64,000 nucleotides of DNA from a bacterium (lineage in GTDB: Bacteria > Zixibacteria > MSB-5A5 > GN15 > FEB-12). The translations under genes were made by a program, and so were the position numbers. The number at the start of each line of letters is the position of its first letter. The first letter of the stretch is position 1. The notes below the pieces were generated by a model. It had not been told where the DNA came from. It did not search any database and saw only the letters and a list, made by a program, of their open reading frames with translations. This document shows positions 59,074-64,000 of the stretch, in pieces. Location: positions 64,001-128,000 of the forward strand of contig JBDRNJ010000064.1 of the NCBI GenBank assembly GCA_043811375.1. Direction: 5' to 3'.

Positions 59074-61071
59074 TCATTTACATTCAGTGATTCCCTGCGG
59101 CTTACTTTCAGCATATTGCCGGAGTTTTTGTTCGATAACTTCATTTACTTCCCTGCCCGGTACAATGCCCCTGAGATCAGGCATGACACATCCCATAAGG
59201 AACCTGATACGTCCTTCGCAATGTTCAGAGCGCCAGTGATGTTTTTCATCGGCCAGTATTAAATCGATCTTTCCAGCCCAGTCCGGAACATTCTCTGCCG
59301 GAGTGACTTCATCTATCAACTTGTTAAGCGGTTTCTGTGGATCGTCGGCCATGCGCATTACCAGCCGCTTCCAGGCATCGAGGATTACAGGCCTGATTGC
59401 CACAAGGCGGAATAACTCACAACATCTTTCCTTCGAGATATTGCCCGGAACAGATGATTTGCGATTTAATCCTTTCAGTTTTTCGCCGAAAAAGAAACAT
59501 GCTTGCCTGAGATCAGCCCCGGCTTCCTCGACAACGAGGTCCACCAGTGCGGCCCCGCCTCTCCGGATGAGGTAATGAATAGTGCTGAGGGGAACGCCGA
59601 CAGCACTGTATTCCGCTTCCCTAACCCACGGTGGTGGCGGCAGGTCGGCGTTGAGTCTCTCAACACGGTCACGTGTAACTTCGATTGGCGGGCTGTCCGT
59701 ATCCGGATACATGCGGTCGGGTCCTGGAAGGATACGCTCGAAATCGGTGCTCCCGTCCTCGAAAGGCTGGCGCGTTTCATTTGGCACCCCGTCAATAGCA
59801 TCCTCGTAACGAATGCGGATCTCCTCCACCGCTGTTATTGTGTCCTGCAGAGGTCCCCATACCACCACGAGCGAATCATCGGTGTTAAGGCCAATTTCTT
59901 TTACGAACGATTCCAACTCGGTATCCGAATCCTCGTATTCAGGCCACTGCTCGCAGTGGACCAGTATGGGCGGTTCATCGAGGGCGGCGATTACCCTTAT
60001 CCGTCCCGCAAGCTCATCGGCGAACGTACGGTTCGGCTGGGTCGGCCATGCGAGTGTACCGGCGAGCCCGGTCAGTCTCACTGCTCGAACGCAGAAATTT
60101 CCCTCGCCGCATGCCAGCTCAGGTAGTTCCATCTTTGCGACCCTCTTTTCCCAGTGTTCCTTCCTGAGAAACGGCAGCTTAGATTTGGAACACAAAGAGG
60201 TGACGTCTGCATGAGTGATTTTGATATCTTCAGGCGCCTTGAATCCGCGCCTGTTGAGGTCATCCCTTAACTCGAGGAGGTTCTTCTGGCGCACGGCCTC
60301 GCCGTGGACAAGCTTCTTAGCCCAGCCGGCACGCGGGACACCCTTGATTTCCACCCGCCGACCACCGCGAATCGATACGTTAACGTCCTGCCTGCTCGCA
60401 CCGATGCCTGTCCTGACGTGCCCGGTGCTCCTGCAGACTCGTCCGATAAGAAGGATCGCCTCCACGACTTCTTCGGGTGTCCGCAGGTCCGGACCCGTAA
60501 CCGTCTCGATCAGCGGCATGCCGAGGCGGTCGGTTCGCCAGACGATGAGATGCCCCTGGTCGGAAACCTCACGGCAGCTGTCTTCCTCCATGCTGACCTG
60601 CAGAATCGAAAGTTCCCTGCCACGGAAGGGAAGCCTGCCGTTTACCCCCACGATGGTAGTCCTTTGGAATCCGGTCGGAATCGAGCCGTCAAGATACTGC
60701 TTGCGGGCGATATGGACCTCATCGACTATGTCGCATCCAAGCATGAGGCACTGTTCAATAGCAATATCCAGAGCCTTCTGGTTCACGAGAAACGGCGGCG
60801 TGTCATCCATCTCATAGGTGCAAACGTTGCTCTCATGTAGAAGGTACATAATATTCTTTTTGGTTTTGAACTCCATGAGAGCCGTTCCGTCGTATTCACC
60901 GAACTCCGACAGCGTCGGCCTCATGTGACGTATTAATATGCCGTCATGTTCCCTGGTGTAAACGCCCGCGGGACACCGACAGAACATCTTGTGCACCGTG
61001 TCCAACTGTTGATGGACTTCCAGCCCGGTAATCAGGCCGATTTCAGTATAGTCGAGTTCTTCACTCACCAT
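59074..61071 (-). CDS. gatE: Glu-tRNA(Gln) amidotransferase subunit E
   Basis: LDY.EIGL..GLEVHQQL; MRPTLSE.GE.D; RKQYLDGSIPTGFQRT; EEDSCR; DRLGMPLIE; RQDVNVSI; GVP.ETR; LPGPDRMYPDTD. Confidence 0.93.
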   Translation of the reverse strand: MVSEELDYTEIGLITGLEVHQQLDTVHKMFCRCPAGVYTREHDGILIRHMRPTLSEFGEYDGTALMEFKTKKNIMYLLHESNVCTYEMDDTPPFLVNQKALDIAIEQCLMLGCDIVDEVHIARKQYLDGSIPTGFQRTTIVGVNGRLPFRGRELSILQVSMEEDSCREVSDQGHLIVWRTDRLGMPLIETVTGPDLRTPEEVVEAILLIGRVCRSTGHVRTGIGASRQDVNVSIRGGRRVEIKGVPRAGWAKKLVHGEAVRQKNLLELRDDLNRRGFKAPEDIKITHADVTSLCSKSKLPFLRKEHWEKRVAKMELPELACGEGNFCVRAVRLTGLAGTLAWPTQPNRTFADELAGRIRVIAALDEPPILVHCEQWPEYEDSDTELESFVKEIGLNTDDSLVVVWGPLQDTITAVEEIRIRYEDAIDGVPNETRQPFEDGSTDFERILPGPDRMYPDTDSPPIEVTRDRVERLNADLPPPPWVREAEYSAVGVPLSTIHYLIRRGGAALVDLVVEEAGADLRQACFFFGEKLKGLNRKSSVPGNISKERCCELFRLVAIRPVILDAWKRLVMRMADDPQKPLNKLIDEVTPAENVPDWAGKIDLILADEKHHWRSEHCEGRIRFLMGCVMPDLRGIVPGREVNEVIEQKLRQYAESKPQGITECK

Positions 61072-61157
61072 CTTACCAGCAATACTTTAACCGTCTCGAA
61101 ACCTGCGGCCAGGCCATGCGGTTACGCTCGTGACGTCTTAAGGTAGCACTAAGTTCC

Positions 61158-62672
61158 CTAACCGCAGTGAATACTGTCCGTTATAAGTTTTGAGAGTTGT
61201 TTTCTGTTTTTTCGCAGGGACCGTGCAAGGTTTTTATCATTGTATGAACGGAGCCTGGAAATGAGTATGTCTATCAGCGCAGGGGGGAACACTCCGAGCT
61301 TCTCATACACTTTACGGTTGTCTTCTAGTTTGTCCGCACTCTCGCTGCAGGAGCAGGGCAGAACAGCGGTTTTGCTTGTCGTTTTTCTGTTCTGAAGGTT
61401 CTCGATGCGTTGCATCTGCGCGAGTTCAATTGCCCCTTTGTCTTTAAGACCCGACCTCAATGCAACGAGGATGCCCGCGATAGTTAAGTGCACGTTGGCT
61501 GAGCCGTCCGGCAGGCGGAATTCGATAGTCTTTCGGTCGATATGTGCGTTACGCCGGTGCCCTGCTTTCTGGTTTACCACCTCCGCCATCGGCCGTCTGT
61601 GCCGCCACCCGAGGGGTACGCGGATAAGTGAACTGCGGTTACCCTCTCCCCATGTAGCCGTATCGGGAGCTTCCATTCCGGAGAGCAAACGGAGGTAGCT
61701 CGTTGGCACGGTGTTGCCGAACGCCGCCAGGCTTGGAGTATGCTTTAGAAGCCCTCCGATAGAATGGAGGCCTTTTGCGGAAACCTCTCCCGCCTTTGTG
61801 AACAGGATGTTGTCCTTGTCTTTCAGAAGTTGGAAGTGAAAGTGCAATCCGCTTCCGGCAAGCGTGGTGTCAATTTTCGGGGCAAAGGTGGCGACGAGGT
61901 TATACCTGGCGGCAATGTTGCGAACCACCCATTTTCCAATTACGAGTTGATCGGCCGCTTCAACAGGATCCTTAAGCGTGAATTCGATCTCGTGTTGCTC
62001 GCAGAATTTCCCGCCCTCGGACCCGCCTCCAACTTCGGCATGGGCATATTTTACACCGATACCGAGCGAAGTAAGCTCATCGATTATTTCGTCCCTGACG
62101 TTCTGGAATCGAACGAAGGGCGTGGACTCCTGGTAAAGGGTTTTGCCCGGTTGACCGGTCCCTTCGCCGGGTCCGATAAGGTAAAACTCGAGCTCCCCGA
62201 GGAATCGGGTCGATAAGTTCGTTTCGTGGGCCAGCGCGTTTTTCGCCTCCATGACGAGGCGATACGGGCAAAGTTCGAACTGACGCTCATCCGCGCCGAA
62301 GCATGCGGTCATAAGCACGAGAGTGGGTATACTTGCAAACGGATTTACAAAGGCCGTGGAATATCGGGGCACAATGTAGATATCGCTCCTCGTCGAGTTG
62401 AGTTGTGGAAAGTGGTTCGAGCCATCCACCCGCTCGCCCATGTCGAGTATTTCTTCGAGGCGCGCTTTAGAAGTGATCGGAAAGGTAAGTGTTTTCATCC
62501 GCCCGTCACCGGACAGGGGTGATAATGTCAGGAGCCTTAGATTTTTCGCATAAGCATACCGCACAATGTCCTGTCTCGTAAAATCGCATGGAGGCTTTCC
62601 AAGAAACTCAGCGATTGGGTTTGACAGGTTTTTCTTCTTTTTTTTGCTACTGTTATTTCTTGCTTTTTTCAT
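61158..62672 (-). CDS. glnA: Glutamine synthetase (type I family)
   Basis: GERVDGS; ELEFY; HAEVG; QHEIEF; TFAPK..AGSGLHFH; SYLRL..G.EAP; NRSSLIRVP; IEFRLPD. Confidence 0.9.
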   Translation of the reverse strand: MKKARNNSSKKKKKNLSNPIAEFLGKPPCDFTRQDIVRYAYAKNLRLLTLSPLSGDGRMKTLTFPITSKARLEEILDMGERVDGSNHFPQLNSTRSDIYIVPRYSTAFVNPFASIPTLVLMTACFGADERQFELCPYRLVMEAKNALAHETNLSTRFLGELEFYLIGPGEGTGQPGKTLYQESTPFVRFQNVRDEIIDELTSLGIGVKYAHAEVGGGSEGGKFCEQHEIEFTLKDPVEAADQLVIGKWVVRNIAARYNLVATFAPKIDTTLAGSGLHFHFQLLKDKDNILFTKAGEVSAKGLHSIGGLLKHTPSLAAFGNTVPTSYLRLLSGMEAPDTATWGEGNRSSLIRVPLGWRHRRPMAEVVNQKAGHRRNAHIDRKTIEFRLPDGSANVHLTIAGILVALRSGLKDKGAIELAQMQRIENLQNRKTTSKTAVLPCSCSESADKLEDNRKVYEKLGVFPPALIDILISRLRSYNDKNLARSLRKNRKQLSKLITDSIHCG

Positions 62673-63524
62673 GTTTACCAGTCCAACATCAGACACTAAC
62701 TGCTTCAAGTTTCAGACCTTATTTGGAATATGAAGGATTGTGAAAGTCCTGAATTCTATCCGCAGAGCTCCCCCTGCGGATAATTCCATTTTTTGGAATA
62801 CAAACTACTTAGTAACGAAGCAGGATTTTTCGCCACAAATAGCTTAAAACCCTCAAGGGATGTTCACTGAAATTTACAGGCTGGTTGTGAGGTTTTTGCT
62901 GACGAATATTACGCCTGCATTTTCCAAAATCACGAAAGTCCGTTAGCATCAGGATGCTCTTTTCTTGCCTCTACCCGTGTATCATTGCATAAAATCCATG
63001 CTGCAATATTGATTACTAATATATATCACGCAGTAGGGTTGTCAACAGATTTCGTTTATTTTTGACCTTCTCCCAAAAAACTGGACCAGTCCAGGTTTCA
63101 GAATTCAACTGAATGCGGTTTTGGAGGGAGGACGGCACAATGCAGAAGAAACGGTTAGCAGACCAGCGGATCACACCCACCGTGTCCCATGATTCCGGAT
63201 GACAAGAGCTGCACAACTGCGATAGCCGGCGCTTCAGCCTGGTTCTTACTCAAGGCCACTGCAAGCCAATCCTCGCTATTGAATCACATTCCGACGCCGT
63301 GAGATTGTGGTTATAAGTGAGAAGTGTGGTACAGTTCTGATGTGGGATTGGGCGGTCCTTGTGAGATGTCATTACAGGGTAGAGCGGACTCAGCTCTCGT
63401 CTGACTCTGACAGGATCTGTCAGCCGTAGAATCACGAGAGACTTTTAACTGCAGGATTTCGATATCGAAATTATGGTAAACCTGCAAGTTATTGAATTAT
63501 TGCCGGTTACGGAATGGCGGGGGG

Positions 63525-63549
63525 TACGAGACGAGTTCCGCAACTGGGT
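63525..63549 (+). repeat. att-like direct repeat, copy B
   Basis: TACGAGACGAGTTCCGCAACTGGGT; 24 of 25 nt match 24454-24478; lies in a frame reading EWRGVRDEFRNWVI. Confidence 0.8.
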
Positions 63550-63598
63550 CATTCACAATTCGACTGCATGATTCATTAGCTGATGCCCCGGATCGGTG

Positions 63599-63995
63599 CT
63601 ACGGGCACGGTGGCGGTTCCAGTCCACCTGTGAATAGATATGCCACCCGGTAAGTAATGTCCGCCACGTCTATGGCTCCCGCCGGGCCATCAATACCATC
63701 AACGTTACCTTCCGCACGGTGTACAGCTTTCGCCGAAGCAACACATGCCCGATATTCGATATGGCATGTCTGTCTCGATGATGTACAAATCGAAATACTC
63801 ATCGCCCGAAACATCGAATACTCCAATCGCGATCGTGTTCTCACCCGGTACCAGGTACTGTGTAACATCTATTGGAGCTACACTTTGGTGATTATCACAG
63901 TTACAAGGGACATTGTTTATGCAACCGGTCTTGCCACATCCGCCGTCATACTCACCGATAAAAAGGCCGTTCGCTGTGTTGGATATCTGTTGTCC
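63599..63995 (-). pseudogene. Disrupted secreted-protein gene (jelly-roll-like segment plus half a dockerin)
   Basis: One frame reads NGLFIGEY...IDVTQYLVPGENTIAIGV...CC then stops; a different frame reads EGNVDG..IDVADITYRVAYLFTGGLEPPPCP. Confidence 0.6.
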
Positions 63996-64000
63996 TCAGG

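Noticed and set aside
55008..60840. Long antisense ORFs (e.g. 55008..55787, 58272..59051, 59503..60126)
   Set aside because: Shadows of well-supported genes on the opposite strand
62819..62835. Possible sigma54 promoter upstream of glnA (TGGCGAAAAATCCTGC on the minus strand)
   Set aside because: GG-to-GC spacing is 11 nt rather than the required 10
62985..63005. NtrC-like site TGCAT-N7-ATGCT upstream of glnA
   Set aside because: Weak match with no valid sigma54 promoter nearby

Overview
Bacterial chromosome segment. The secreted proteins carry dockerin-like and FlgD/'NYPNPFNP' C-termini and there is a kinase-TolB-TPR protein, which suggests the FCB group, most likely Zixibacteria (inference, not verified). 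The left ~23 kb holds secreted metalloproteases, an Omp85-like protein, a Ser/Thr kinase, two tandem RRM RNA-binding genes with conserved long leaders, a Tat dipeptidase with a PLC-like neighbour, a histidine kinase and a molybdenum cofactor cluster. The right ~40 kb looks like an accretion zone of modules: a Cus-type RND system; a Crp/Fnr regulator with FNR boxes before a ferredoxin-like gene and a porin/octaheme HAO-like/NapC-NirT operon; an operon pairing a membrane HmcE/F-like redox module fused to a receiver domain with a PAS kinase, a divergent macrodomain and an HTH regulator; a Czc-type RND system; an ECF sigma/anti-sigma module; and a glnA-gatE-gatD cluster encoding the normally archaeal GatDE amidotransferase. 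Several module boundaries carry same-strand repeats sharing the core GACGAGTT (three 140-164 bp copies and a 22-bp pair 39 kb apart), next to what look like decayed large serine recombinase 3' ends. I found no tRNA, rRNA, CRISPR array or intact integrase by eye. Product calls rest on motif recognition, not database searches.
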